From Sphyrna mokarran (lineage: Eukaryota), in assembly GCA_024679065.1 (NCBI GenBank), contig JAGIQG010000001.1, forward strand, positions 111,538,001-111,602,000: DNA of 64,000 bases. Reading direction: 5' to 3'. Position 1 is the first letter of the stretch. The number at the start of each line of letters is the position of its first letter. Below the pieces are notes generated by a model that was given only the letters and a program-made list of their open reading frames with translations, did not search any database and was not told the DNA's origin. This document shows, one piece after another, positions 12,681-26,095 of this stretch. Position numbers and translations under genes: made by a program.

Positions 12681-13073
12681 GTGGGATAAGGACAGCAAAT
12701 GCTGGAAATTATGTTAGGTCAGTCAGCATCTACAAAGTAGGAATACTAATTAACTGATGTTTCAAGTGTAATCCTCGATTAGAACCAATTAGTTTTGGAC
12801 AACGCATTCAGGCTTTATGGACATGGATCTCATTATATTCAGCTAAAGTGGGCTAAAGATAAATAGCAAAGATAAACTATTTAAGAAAATGAAAGACTTT
12901 AATTATTCTGTATAAATATTTGGATTTAGAGAACAATAGAAGCTGTTGACATGTCCTTAATCATTGTAAAGTTAACAATCATAAATTTCACCTCAATGTT
13001 AACTGTTTATGCATTGTTGAAAACAAGCTTGTAACCTGTTTCTGGAGAAACTAAAAATGGGCAAATTGAAATT

Positions 13074-13485
13074 CATAAGAACTAGGAGCATGAGTAGGTA
13101 ATTCAGCCCCTCCAGCCTGCACCACCATTCAATACAATCATGGCTGACCTTGTTTTGGCCGCAACTTCATTTCTTGCCTTTTCTTCATAACCCTTCAATG
13201 TACAGCTAATTAAACATTTGCCTGTCTCATTAAATAAATTTACTCAATGTCCTGGCATCCGCCGCATTCTGAGGTAGTGAATGAAGCAGCATGAATCTTT
13301 TGAGTGAAGTAGTTTCTTCTCATCCTGATCCGAAGACTATGACCTCTTGTTCTAGATTGCCCCACAAGTGGAAACATCATCTCCATGTCCACTTTGTCAA
13401 TATCTTTTGTCATGGTATATATCTTAGATTTCCATGATTAGAGAGAGCGTAGGCCTAAACTGCTCAATGTCCTTTCATAAGGGAA
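13074..13485 (-). mobile_element. CR1 LINE 3' end
   Basis: cataagaactaggagcatgagtagg...cagcctgcaccaccattcaatacaatcatggctga, followed by degraded ORF2 C-terminus. Confidence 0.8.
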
Positions 13486-14349
13486 GCATTATAAATTAAA
13501 CACTTAAGCAATATAAACAGACCAATATCCTTTATGCATGAGGTTGAAAGTCAGCAACTGTAAAATGAAGCAACATGAGAAAAATTGGAAATGGGGAATT
13601 CTGATATAGCAATTGAAACTTGTGAATCATTACCCCTTTCAGTACAAAGCATGTTGTGCTTGATAACCAAAGAAAACTGTGATGTATCTAGGGACTGGGG
13701 TGCGGTGTGGCTGGAAATTAGCATTATTGAATAGATTCAATTTTGTGCCTCCTGAGTTTCTGAATGACAATTTACGGCTACTTTCTGAAAGTACTTAATA
13801 CCATTTCTTTAAGCTTATTTTCTCTTCAGTTCTTCCTGTAGGCTTCTACATTTTAACGGTCAGGGATAATCATTCCAGTTGATTTTCCAGTGAGTTCAGT
13901 ATTGCTGTAATGGCTTGCTCTTCATTTTGCTGTGGCATTAAAACTGGGAGCAAGAGTTGTCACTGCAGCCATCCTTCCCTATGCATTACCACAGAGGGCA
14001 ATTTGTTTTAATTCCTCAGTGTTAAACATGTGAAATGGTTTTTGGAATCCAACATTGTAAATATATGATCATTAGGCTGCCTTGTTATTTTCATCTCAAA
14101 ATTGCATCTCGTCTGTATTGATCTACTGAGCTGCATACATATTTTTAACTCAAAATATTTCTCCTGATTTGAATTTGAAAACATGATGCTGATTATGCAA
14201 TGATGAACTTAAGCAATTTTTTGTGAAATATTTTTGATGCCATTTTGCAATAAAATGTCAATGTTGAAAATTTGAGAGAAATGAGCCACAAGTTGGTTCT
14301 TGCAAGTAATGTGTAAACTATTTCATTGTAAAACATTTACAAAGCCCAC

Positions 14350-15090
14350 CAGGGTGATTTTGAGCTTATATTAGTGATCCACGGGATCACTGGCACAGGC
14401 AGAAAATCTGGAGAGATCATGTTTCCCGACTTTCCACACCCCTCACTGGTGAGTTCACGAGGTTGACATCCAGAAAGAGTGAAAACCTCATTTCAGTGAA
14501 TTTAAATTAATTTTAATGTGATTACCCAGCCCTGTGATCCCCTCACTGAAGATTTAAACTGCACGTTGGTGAGGTTTACAGCAGATTTTGCAAGATGAGA
14601 TTCAGACGGGAGGATACCCACTTTGGGAGTGCAAATGCATTCTCTGCAGGGGAAAGGAACATGCCCTGGCAGTGGCAACCTGTGCCATGGGGCAGTGCCA
14701 GGAGCAAGCCCTCGTGGGAATCCCATCGAGATGGGGTTTCCGGTTTTGTATGGTAGGATGGGGTGTGGGGGGGAGTTCAGGCAGTGAGAGGGGATCTTGC
14801 ATGCACAGTGGGGAGCAGCAGGAAAGATGGTGTAACTCCGATGATACTTGCATGATGATGGCGGGGACGGGAGATGGTGGGTGGATGCAGAGTCTCCAAT
14901 ACCTCCGTAGTGGAGCAGGAATTCCATTCAGTGCCAATCAGGATGCCCTTTAAAGATGGCATCCCATTTCTGTGGAATATGTTGAAGTAAGTGAACTGAA
15001 TACGTGAAGCCTGCCTTGCAAATTCTATCAGGCTCTGCCCCACTAGAAAGCCAGCATAAACCCAGCCCATTCATTTTCCTTACTCAGAGA
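14350..15090. mobile_element. GC-rich DNA-transposon-like repeat related to 6955-7625
   Basis: Shares tgccctttaaagatggca...gtgaagcc...ggctctgcccc with 7410-7480. Confidence 0.45.
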
Positions 15091-15224
15091 GGCTCATGAT
15101 CTGGACAATAAGCTGGGTTGTGCAGCTGGAGAGCAGTATTCCAGCTTGCAGTTTTATACGTACATTACATACATCTAAAAATAAAACAGTTGTATAATCT
15201 ATTACCTGAAAGAAAATGCTATTT

Positions 15225-15577
15225 GGCCGTAATTAGACTATTCATCCTGGAACTCAGTGAATGTACTGGGAACCCGAGTTCAAATCCTGTCATGGTAGAT
15301 GATGGAATTTGATTTTAAAAAAATCTGGAATTAAGAATCTACTGATAACCATAAAACCATTATTGAAAAAACCCACTTGGTTCACTAATGTCCTTTAGGG
15401 AAGGAAATCTGCCATCTTTACCTGGTCTGACCGACATGTGATTCCAGAACCACACCAATCTGGTTCACTCTATGAAATGGCCTAGCAAGCCACTAAGTTC
15501 AAGAGCAATTAGGAGTGGGCAATAAAATGCTTCCCAACTAGCAATGACCATGTCCCATCAGTGCATAAAAAAAAAAA
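15225..15577 (+). mobile_element. tRNA-derived SINE with LINE-derived tail (second shark SINE family)
   Basis: B-box gagttcaaatcc, body ggttcactaatgtcctttagggaaggaaatctgcc, tail gcaattaggagtgggcaataaaatgc...poly(A). The tail matches the LINE 3' ends at 39865 and 48655 (minus). Confidence 0.75.
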
Positions 15578-15796
15578 TTGCTTGCTATTATTTTTCCTCA
15601 GTGAGTTTAATAAGTAACATTGGCCTCCCACATGACATTAAAATAACTACACATAATTTAATCACCACTTCGTAAAGAGAACATATTCCAAATCTCGCTC
15701 ATAGTTTACACAAGTAAGCACAGAATATAATACTATGTTAGATAACTGTCCACTAGGATTCGTTGGGGAAAATACATTTGGCAGGATTTTTCAGTC

Positions 15797-15950
15797 ACAG
15801 AGTCAGAGAGATTTACAGCATGGAAATAGACCCTTCAGCCCAACTTGTCCATGTTTTTTTTCTTTTAACCACTAAGCTAGCTCCAGTTGCCCATGTTTGG
15901 CCATATTCCTCTGTACCCAACTTACCCATGTAACTGTCTAAATGCCTTTT
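15797..15950 (-). mobile_element. CR1/HER1 LINE extreme 3' end
   Basis: tacagcatggaaatagacccttcagcccaac...; minus strand encodes KRHLDSYMGKLGTEEYG. Confidence 0.75.
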
Positions 15951-17182
15951 TGCAGCAGTCATCATTGAAGGCAGGATAGAAAAATTTGAAGAGTGACCTT
16001 TGCCCTCTCTCCACATTTTTCCATTCTGCCTGTGGAAATGTGCACTGCCAAGCAGGATCGAAAACTCCCAACCTTTGTTCTTACAAAGCAGTGGATTTGG
16101 TATATAACAATACACATAGCCCAAAAATGACCGGTGTCAATATTTGCAGACTAAAGCTCGATGCATTTGCCCATCATCCCCTTTGACCATAATTTTGTCA
16201 GCGTGTTTGTGAATTTCGGTGAAACAGTGACAGCTCATTTTGGAACTGCTAGAGGAACCACAGACAAGCATGTTAAGGTTTTGCTCACTAATATTGCAAA
16301 TGGGAATTTCTAGGCATGTTGGTTAACATTTAAAATATTGGGTGAAAACTTACGATGAAAAATCTTAACTGCAGGCTAATTTGACATGAAGGAAGGTGTT
16401 ATTTTGAAACAACATATATTGATGTTCAGGTGGTGAAATGGTGGTTTTCCTGTGAATTCTTTTACATGAATTTTTTTACTGAAAATAATTTATTGTGAAA
16501 AGCACATTTACCTCTAATGCAACCTGCTGCATTTTTGTCAGAGTCAATGATTGTCTGCTGAATTAAGCTAATAATGCATTTAATGCCATGACATAATGCA
16601 GATTGATAGAAAGTTATCAGACATGGCATCAATTTGCAGAGAATCGTATGATCGTTGGTCATTCCATTCACCCTCTATTATCATGGAAATTATAATAAAA
16701 ATATTTATTTAGATAAAATATTCTTTAACATTCATGTATCTATATTATACATTGATTTGATTGTGATAAAATTATTTTTCTTGTTTGGTTATATTAAGGG
16801 GTTATTCAGGAAGTATTATGAGCAAACACTGCTGTAAAATTTGCCTCATGTAGCAAGATAGTTTCTCCAATAATTAACCACTTTTAAGCACTCTTTGTCT
16901 TATGGTCAGTTCTCAACTTTATATTGGGGGTTGGAATTTTCCCAGACTGGCTAAGCAAATAAGCGAGTGGAAAAATAATATATTCATCGTCTCTTATGGG
17001 ATGGGCATACTTAAGCCTTTTAGTTACTTGACCTGCTGTGGCCAGGATTTCCGTTACAAGTAATAATGTTGCTGCCTCCAATAGGACTACTAGTTTCTCA
17101 GTTTTCAGGTGTCAAGTTAGTGCAGGGAATGATCCTTGGATCTGAAAGTGGAGACAAAAGGAGTGCATTAAATTGGTTCATG

Positions 17183-17470
17183 GACTGCGGCATGGTGGCT
17201 CAATGGTTAGATGTGCTGCCTCACAACTCCAGGGACCTGGGTTCAACTCCAGCTTCAGGTAACTTTCGCTGTGATGTTTGCACATTCTCCCTGCGTGGGT
17301 TTCCTCCAGGTGCTCTGGTTTCTTCTCACATTCCAAAGATGCATGGGTTAGGTTGATTGGCTGAATACTAGGGTAAATACATGGGGTTACAGGGCCAGGG
17401 CTGGATGGGATTATGGTCGTTGCAAGCTCAATAAGCCAAATGGTAGCCTGTTGCACACTAAGTATTCTAG
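17183..17470 (+). mobile_element. HE1-type V-SINE
   Basis: gcggcatggtggctcaatggttag...gggtttcctccaggtgctctggtttc. Confidence 0.88.
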
Positions 17471-18189
17471 GCAGTCATGTTGAGCTGCCGGTGCATGTCT
17501 TGTTTCTATGGATGGTTCAGTATTCAGTGAAAGGAATTTCAGGCAGCCTGCTGAAAAAGGCTTTCTTGGTAAATTTGGTGGCAGAAACAGGTGGATGGGG
17601 GGCAGGGAGGTGTCTGATTGTGAACCAATAGCAGCCTTCAGAAGGCCTGTGGTGCCTGGGAAAATGCTATTAAAGGTCTCATTAATGCTACTTCAGGTAA
17701 CGAACTTTTCAGCCTGATCGTTCTTTCATATAGTGTGGAAGAGATTCTGAGCGCAATCTAGCAGGTCAGTTTGCCATGGGCGCAAATCCCCTAATAGCTG
17801 CAGAATATTTCAAGGGGCCAAAAAGAGGATTTGCGCTGATGAGATTTCTTAGTGCAATGTTCCTGGGCGTTCGGTGGGCAGGCATTTAGAGATTATGCAG
17901 TGGCTGCTGAGGGTTCTTCAGTGTAGAAGCTTGACAGCAATAAGATCTCAGGACAACACAGCCTCAGTATCAACGCTGCCTATGAGTATTGCGTAACTCT
18001 GCCTCAGAAAGTAATCGAACCTTCTGACATTACTGAGAGTCATACTCGTTAAACTAATTGGCCATCATGAGTTAAGTCTTAACAATGTCAGCTGCCCACA
18101 TTGTCCAAGTCAAGGAGAGAGATGAAACCTTATACATTAAGGATTAAAGGTTGGTGCCACCTAGCTGGGATTTGTTGACTTGTTGAGGG

Positions 18190-18440
18190 TGGGGAGCGGG
18201 GGTGGTGGTGCGAGGTGGTGGCCATCCTTCCAACCTGAGGATAGATTGTTGTCAGCCTCTCCTTTACCGCACCCTGTAGTATAGTGAGACCCTGCTCCGG
18301 GATCCTGGGAGCTGATTTTCTGGCTGCATCTTCCTGGTTTGAATGAGAATGCATGCTGCGGAGCTGTTTAAATGCAGCGCCTCCTTGACTGCAGTGCTCA
18401 GATGATCGTCGAGATGGCCAATCAGACATTTTGCGCTTCA
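18190..18440 (-). mobile_element. PIF/Harbinger Myb/SANT-like ORF 5' remnant
   Basis: Minus-strand peptide AARKSAPRIPEQGLTILQGAVKERLTTIYPQVGR resembles the N-terminus of the Harbinger DNA-binding protein (APRF...LL.AV..R...LYP). Confidence 0.55.
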
Positions 18441-21400
18441 GACACGATGTTTATTGTGTGGCAGGGGAAAAGATTTTCAAAGTGCCTAAAGATTGCGATT
18501 AGGATTACACTGCCAGTTGGAATCTCATTGATTTTCATGTTGGAAATGACACTTTTCCATTTTTCGGAATACTTTTTATCTGGCTTATCATCAAAAAGTA
18601 AATGTCATATTTTTCCCCTTTTTTCATGAATACTATTTTTTGGAAAATTAGGTACTTTTCTAAAGAATTGCATGAACTGTAAACAATAATAGAAGCAAAC
18701 ATATATGTCACTTTTCTCTCCAGCTTGGTAAAAAGTGCCTTAGATTACAATTTTTTTGGTCATTTTTGAATGTGATATAATTATAAACTATAATTGAACC
18801 AATTATGGTGAAACTTCTTTCGAACATTATTTTCATCAAACTTCCAATTTTGACTTTGTTGTAGTTAAATATTTTTGAAGTGCATTGACACGTTCTGGGT
18901 CCTGAAAGGCTCTATATAAATGCAAGTCCTTTTTTTCATTTTTTTTCAACATTATTTCATTGCTTTTAACAAAAAATAATTTAACTAGGTGATAACACAT
19001 TAACAGTGAATTAAGTTATCAAATTGCTATTTTTTTAAACAAATTAAAGATGCTTTGGGAAGATTAAAACAATAGTAAGTCATGGTCCGTTGCATGCGTT
19101 TTTACTAAATATAATAACCTGTATATATTTTGCATAAGGGTACAAAATCCTACCTAACACCACTTTCATAACAGATCACCACAAAAATAATTCCATAACT
19201 GAAATATCTGAACAGTAGCTTGTACATAGATTTTTGTGGCAGAAATGCAAGGATTATTCTTTTTCCTTTTTTCTTGTCATGGCATGGTAGTTGTGACTTG
19301 TATTTTCCACTGACAGTCTACGACTTAACCCTTGTATGTCGGTACCTTTGAGACAAAAATCAAGACAGATTCAGGCTGCCCCACCTGGGAGTGAGACAGC
19401 TGTCGGAGCTGCAACCACTTTTTGTCTGCATTAATGACCAGTAACTGGTACCTCAGTCTTGCTGCCCTTGTTTGGTCTCGGATGTATTTCATTAAAATAA
19501 TTACTCCTGTCAGCCTTCATTTAGCAGATTTTTCTCAATCTGAGTCATTGCTAGGCTTCTTCAACTTTGCACCAGCACAGAATCACTTGTTTTGAATCAC
19601 TTCCATTTAGAAACTGTACCATTGATTATTTATAGACATTGACAGAAAAAAAATGGAGTGGCATAAATCATTTCGCACTGCAATAAATAATCTGTCACAA
19701 TTACTTTATGCATTAAAATGCAAAGATAACTTGGTCATATTTAGATAATTCAGACAATTTCGCTAATCATCTGAAATGAGCAATCTTGTCGGAAGAAGGC
19801 AGCTGAGTGGGACTCAGTTTAAAGTTTAGTTATTAGTGTCACAAGTAGGCTTGCATTAACACTGCAATGAAGCTACTGTGAAAACCTGAGAATGGATGCA
19901 ACAGTCAAGCTGAATGGCTGACTTCTGTGCAATACCCATTCTCTGATTTAGTACAATCACTAAATTAAAAATTGGTAGGGTAGTGCATTGATATTTCAAC
20001 ATGAAACACCACAGGCAGTAAGTTGCAAGTTCTTGCTTGCAATTTTGTGGAGGCAATTTTAACTTTATTGCTGATCAAAAAATGGACGGCAGTGAATTGG
20101 CAGTAGCTCATTTTACACACACACAATGCAATTGCTTCTGATTTGCTATCACTCATTCTTTGTGTGGCAATAAAAAAAATTAAAATTGTCCCCAACATCG
20201 TTATGCTATTAGCAGCAAAATACTGAGTTAAGGTCAAATCATTTGTGAGACAGCTGAAAAAACAAATTGTCACACACCTATCTTTGTACTCTTCCTAGAA
20301 GCTGACTGAAGTGTGGCATTAGTAGAAGTCTGGAAGCAACACACTTGTGTACCCTCTTATAGATGAATGATGCATGGTCCACAGAAACTGTATGGGTAAT
20401 TTTCCGGCTTTGTGCTCCCAAGAGGGAGCCTCACCCACTGGGAGCATGTATCATAAATTTGGGCACAGGCGGTGCACAATTTTCCAAGCATTTAAATTAT
20501 TGGTTGAATATCACGTGCAGCGTATATGGAATTTATGATCTGCATTCTCAGAAGCAAGGGAGCACAAAGCCAGAAAATTACCCATTCTGTATATAATTTA
20601 AGAAGTAGATAAGAGGTTGTGGTGTATAAGCAGAGCTTTTAGTTAAAACTGGATACATTAATGTACAACCATTTCACTTGTAGCATTTTCTTTTATCGAA
20701 GTACAGGTTTTCTTACATTTTCTCTGATTGAATGTGGAAAAGGCCATATTCTCCACTACCCCATTTTGAAATGTATTTTAGAATTAAAATGCAATGGAAT
20801 CTCAAATCAGTATTAGTCAAATTGAAGAAAATTATTTCATTTTGTTTACATAAACCTGTGTGTGAAATGGTGAGACTGTTTGGAACGTGTTGCGAATTAA
20901 AATCTTTTTGTAGTGAATGCACTATTTTATCACAACCTTTGCAAAAATATTTATGCAGTTATCCTGAAAGTTGGGTTGTGCTAAAACTTGCAGACCCTTA
21001 TGATTTTTAATCTTTTTTTGTGCCTGTATTATCTACGAATTCATTTTTGTGATTTGTGAACTCTTAATAAGCAAATTTGATATTTTAGAAGACTGAAACA
21101 AAACACTTCCCGGCAATATCCTTATTGCCACCCATTTTGTGAAACAATAATGTAAGTTGAAAAGCTATAACAAAGTTCGATTTTCATATATGCAACACAT
21201 TTGCTTTTGTGTAATTAAGAGTTATCTTGTATCAACATAGCTAGCAGCATATTTCAATATATTAATAATTTTAGTAAATAATACAAATAAAGCAATTGGA
21301 GCCTACCTGAACTTAGTAACTCCGATATGACAATGATCAGAGTGAGATTGTGTTGTGTTGGTTTGGATTCAGATTATTTTACTATATTCCATCGTGAATT

Positions 21401-23894
21401 AAGTACAAACTCAGACTAGGGTAGTATAGGAACAACAATTTCCTTTCGGTACTATACTTGACAGGGTTTGGCTCAGTTTGGATCAAATCTAATTGAGACA
21501 CTAATTTCAGGCTGTTCATTCATCCTTAGAAATATGCAATTAAAGTGGGTCAACTGTGATTATGCCTAAACTGTTTGTAACCTTAGGTTTTCTGCAGCTA
21601 AGATCCAGTCAAATTAATCGTAGTGGTGTGTATGTGTAGTACACCAGTGACTTTCTGATCATGTCTATGCACATAGCCTCTAAGTAACTTGAAAGTGTCC
21701 CTATGTGATTTGAGCTGTTCATTCAGAAAGTGCCACTGTGCTTTCTATTGCAGACTCTAATTATTGCTTTATAAAATGTCTGCATTTGATATTAATTATT
21801 CCATTTAAGGAAATTCTAAGGAATATATATAGCCATCAGAGAGTGACCTTGGAAAGGGAAAGGGGATGTTAGAGATCGAGAACACTGCATCTTAAAATGA
21901 AATGGAGTGATGTGAATCAGCGAGGACACTGAAGATTTATAGGCTGTGGCAAACAAAACACAAATCTTCACTCTTGTGGTTACTGACTGTGACATCATAC
22001 TCAGTATGAGAAAGGAAAATTACTTAATAGAAGATAATGGTTTTGGAAAGGGAGAGAAAAAAAGAAAAACATCAGGCTTCCCATACTTAAATGTTTGGAT
22101 GGAATCGAATTGCATTTTCTTTGCCTTAATACAGACATACAAATGGACAGAATGCACTGGTGTTTAAAGACGTTGACAGCATTTAGATTCAAAACTAAAA
22201 ATGGAAATAAGTTACTATTGTTCAGTAATCGAGAGGCACCATCAATGAGGATATAGTCTATAGATTTCTTACTTTCCGGTCCATTGTTAAAGCCGATTGC
22301 AGTATATGTTACCCGTATTATTCTGACAGAGCAACTTACCAAATGTGGACAACTAAGAAACTATTGCACGTAAGGGAAACATTTTCACTTCTTTGTTCCA
22401 ATTCTTGTCAACAATCTGAGATGAATTCCATCAGCAAGCAATAGAACAGAGATTATTCCTGCCAATATGTCCTGCAAATCTAGTTATATTTTCCTTTTTA
22501 AATTATTTAGTTTAATGGTACAAAGCAAATTTGGCTTGTCATTTTAGTTGTCTTGATGCAATGTTGGTCTTTAATTGCAAAAATAAACTTTCCTTTGGAA
22601 CAATATCATTATTTTTTATTTTATCCTTTATCACACATTTGTAGTTTCCATTCTGTCTGCAGGTCAGCAATTTATTATTGCAGACTGTATTTGTCTCAAT
22701 GTTTTGCACTGTTGGTATTGTGGGTTTTCAATGTGGAATTAGTGGAAATGCTGTGATTTAGTCATTGACCTGATGCTGGATGAAACAATTATATAAGAGT
22801 TCAAAAGGATGGGAGTGCATTGTTAAAAACAAGTAAAATGTCTGAGAAGTTCAGTGAGACAGCGAAATGTTGAAGCAACAGGCAAAAGAGCTTGAAATAC
22901 AGAGCTACTGAAGTGAATGAGGGACAGAAGAGAGGGAATGTAGCGTGCTAGCTACAGAAAGAAAAGAGAATAATGCAGCTTGCAATATGAAAGGGATTGT
23001 TATTAATGTGTAAAAAAGTAGCCTCTGAGAATGTGAATGATAAATGAGGATATCCCATTGCATAAAGGGATTCCTGAATTCTGGGACAATTATACAGGTC
23101 CAGATTTCCTTGTCTTTGGATCATTGGAGACTGGACATATCCTTTGAGATATGCATTGGGAACTTTTGGAAGTCCTGGCATGCTGACTCCTTGCAAATTG
23201 CCCAGGAAGTTTGAATTTCCAATAGGCAATTACCCTGCTCCTTGGGACCTTCAGAAAAAGTCTCCAACTTAGAATTAGAGACATCAGACAGTTCCGATTT
23301 ACTCCCTGTATAGTTACCCAGGAAATGTTAGATAGAAAAATCCTAGTTTAACTTTCAGGTAATTATACAACTGCACCCCCTCTAATCACATCTTAATGCT
23401 CATGATGACACAATGATTTCCCATTCTAATCCCCAAATTATTTTCCAGAAATCTGGCCTGGTACCCTTGGTGGGCTCCATTACTGCTCCTTAGCAAATTT
23501 GACCTTGGGGCAGCTTAGCATCTGGGTTTCTAGGTGATAGGGGAGACCAGGACCAAAGAAATTCTTAGCAGATGAAAATCTGCCCCTCAGTCATACCTTC
23601 GCCAACTTTGTCAGCCCTTTGTATCTGTCTCAGTACTCCTCACGAACAGGATGCTGGGCTTTGAATCAGGACTGGTCTCACCTGATTATTTCTGGATTCC
23701 AGCAGTGTGCTTGTGGCCCCAAGAAAAGACAAGGCAATCCTACTTTCAAATCAAAAAGGAAAAAGACGGAACAATAAGATAGAATATTAAAGGTTAAGGA
23801 AGGAATTAATTTTATTTTTAAAGAACTATGTGTCATGTCTTGGGGGTACTCTGGATTAGCTAAACTCCTTAATTTATTTAAGGCAATACACACC

Positions 23895-24260
23895 AAGCAA
23901 ATTGCACATAACAGGATCCCTCATATAACAAATTAGATGAGTGACCAATTAATATTTTTTGTTGGTGTCAAGTCAAGAAGGGAAATTGTCTTGGGCATTA
24001 GGAGGACTCCATGCTCCTTTTTAGATCAGTTCAGTTCTGATCATATGTCCACCTGAGCAGATAGATAGTGGAGGGAATTCTCCCATTTCCCTGCCACAGG
24101 AATCATAGCAGGTGAGGACCAGACCATTGACCTCAGGTGGGATTTTACGGTTTTGGGGTGAGAATCCCACCCATTATCTCTGTTTGGTGTTTCATGTGTA
24201 AGACAGATTTTTCAACGTTAAATATCTCTCTGTGCCATACTGAAATATCCTGGTGTGGCG
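23895..24260 (-). mobile_element. Old Deu-SINE (SacSINE1-like) interrupted by a MITE at about 24070-24172
   Basis: gcaaattgcacataacaggatccc...gtccacctgag..., resuming at gtttcatgtgtaagacag; resembles the reverse complement of the Deu domain. Confidence 0.55.
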
Positions 24261-24505
24261 TTTTAACCCCAAATGATTCAACCCCAAGCTGGCACAAGTG
24301 GTTTGTTGAAATCGAAAACCATAACATAGTATATATGTTCTGACTTTTATGATATAATTCAAATAGACGCAGGTTAAAATAATTATTCAAATTACATCCT
24401 GAAGATGCCTAACCCAACACAGAAACATAGGTGCTTGTTTGCTGAATAAAGAGTTCCTCGACAAACGCAGTGCCATTGTGTGGGCAGTCAGGCACCAGTT
24501 CTGTA

Positions 24506-24973
24506 GGGTGGCATGGTGGCACAGTGGTTAGCTCTGCTGTCTCACAGCGCCAGAGACCCGGGTTCAATTTCATTGTCTGTGCGGAGTTTGTACATGCTCC
24601 TCATGTCTGTATGGGTTTCCTTCAGGTGCTCTGATTTCCTCTTACAGTCCAAAGGTGTGCTGGTTAGGTGGATTGACCATGCTAAGTTTCTCCTTAGTAT
24701 CAAGGGAGTGTAAATGCATTGGGTTAAGGCAATAGAGACTGGATGGGATGGTGGTTGGTGCAGTCTCGATGGGAGAATGGCCTCTTTCTGCACTGTAAGG
24801 CTCTATAAATTGCTCCTTACTATTCAAAGATATGTAAGTTAGGTTGATTAGCCATTTTAAGTGTGCAGGGTTACAGAGATATGGGTTGGAGTGGGTCTAA
24901 TTAAGATGATCTTTCAGAGAGTTGGCACATGGGCCTATTAGCCTCCTTGCACAGTAGGGATTCTGTGGATTCT
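24506..24973 (+). mobile_element. HE1-type V-SINE (24506-24806) followed by a second HE1 3' half (24824-24973)
   Basis: gggtggcatggtggcacagtggttagc...ctgcactgtaaggctctat, then caaagatatgtaagttagg...gcacagtagggattctgtg. Confidence 0.88.
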
Positions 24974-25789
24974 AAGAACAGCTGTCTTCTCCTCTAATGT
25001 TTTGAATGCAACAAGTGCACAACATTTCGTAACTCTTCATGTACCCCGACTGCCCAACTTTCAATGGAGGTTCCATTTTAATTTGATAAACATACTCAGT
25101 TTTCTTCCAGAATCTTGTTCTGAGTCCTCCGACTCCATTCCTGGGTGGAGCCAGGAGCATTTATTGAAGTGCCATTTTTAGTATAGCCGCAGCGTTATTA
25201 GTCAGTTTAAGATTAGTATTGGCAGAAATGAGTAAGTAATGAATTGTATTTTGTGGGGCTTTGAAGAATAATTTATCCTGCCAAAGAACCTGAACAAAGA
25301 TTTAAACATTAAGATGGAGAAGACCTCAAATTTCTCACAAAGCGTAGAAACTATACAGAAAGAATCTGTGAAAAGTGTTGTGAAAAGTGTAGCCATGTTA
25401 CATTATAATAATCACTACGGTTCAAAAGTACTTGATTGACTGTCACACATTTGGAGCATCCTGAGATTGTGAATGGTGCTATTCAATTCAAGTGTTCTCA
25501 ATGTAAGTCACAGAATCATAGACTGATACAATATAGAAGGAGGTCATTCAGTGGCAGAGGTAATTTGAACTTGCTCTGCCACTGTCCATGGTCCATCTTG
25601 GGTCACGGTGCTCGAAAGGGAAAGAGGAATAGGCATGGGTACCCTTTCATGTTATCCAATAATCTATTCTTATATTCTCTTTGTTATGGTTTTCCTAATT
25701 CCTTCCTTTACATCTCCTGTATATTTTCTAATTCAGCTTGGTTCTCAACTATTATTAACATTAGGTTTGACATAAACCTTCTTTCTATC

Positions 25790-26095
25790 TCGTTTTGACC
25801 TCTTCTTTAGTCATCCAGGGAACTTTAGCATTGTCTGCCCTTCCTTTTTCATTTCCCTGAAATCTATCTGCCAAGTACCTGAGGCAGCATTTCTTCGAAG
25901 TCCCCACCCCATTACTCAGTTACTATTTTGCCTGCCAGTTTTTGATTCCAATCTACCTGATCCAAAAGCCTTCATCAACTTACTGAAGCTCATCTTTTTG
26001 TTAAGCATTTTAATGCTCAATTGAACCTTCTGTTTTACTACAACTATTCTAAGCTTGATGATATTATGATCCAAATGTGCTCCAATTGAAATGGG
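25790..26095 (-). mobile_element. CR1 ORF2 internal fragment (end of endonuclease domain)
   Basis: Minus-strand peptide ISIGAHLDHNIIKLRIVVVKQK resembles CR1 VGEHLG.SDHN.I.F.I. Confidence 0.65.

Noticed and set aside
14502-15070. Several overlapping 97-141 aa ORFs
   Set aside because: A by-product of the GC-rich interior of a DNA-transposon-like repeat.
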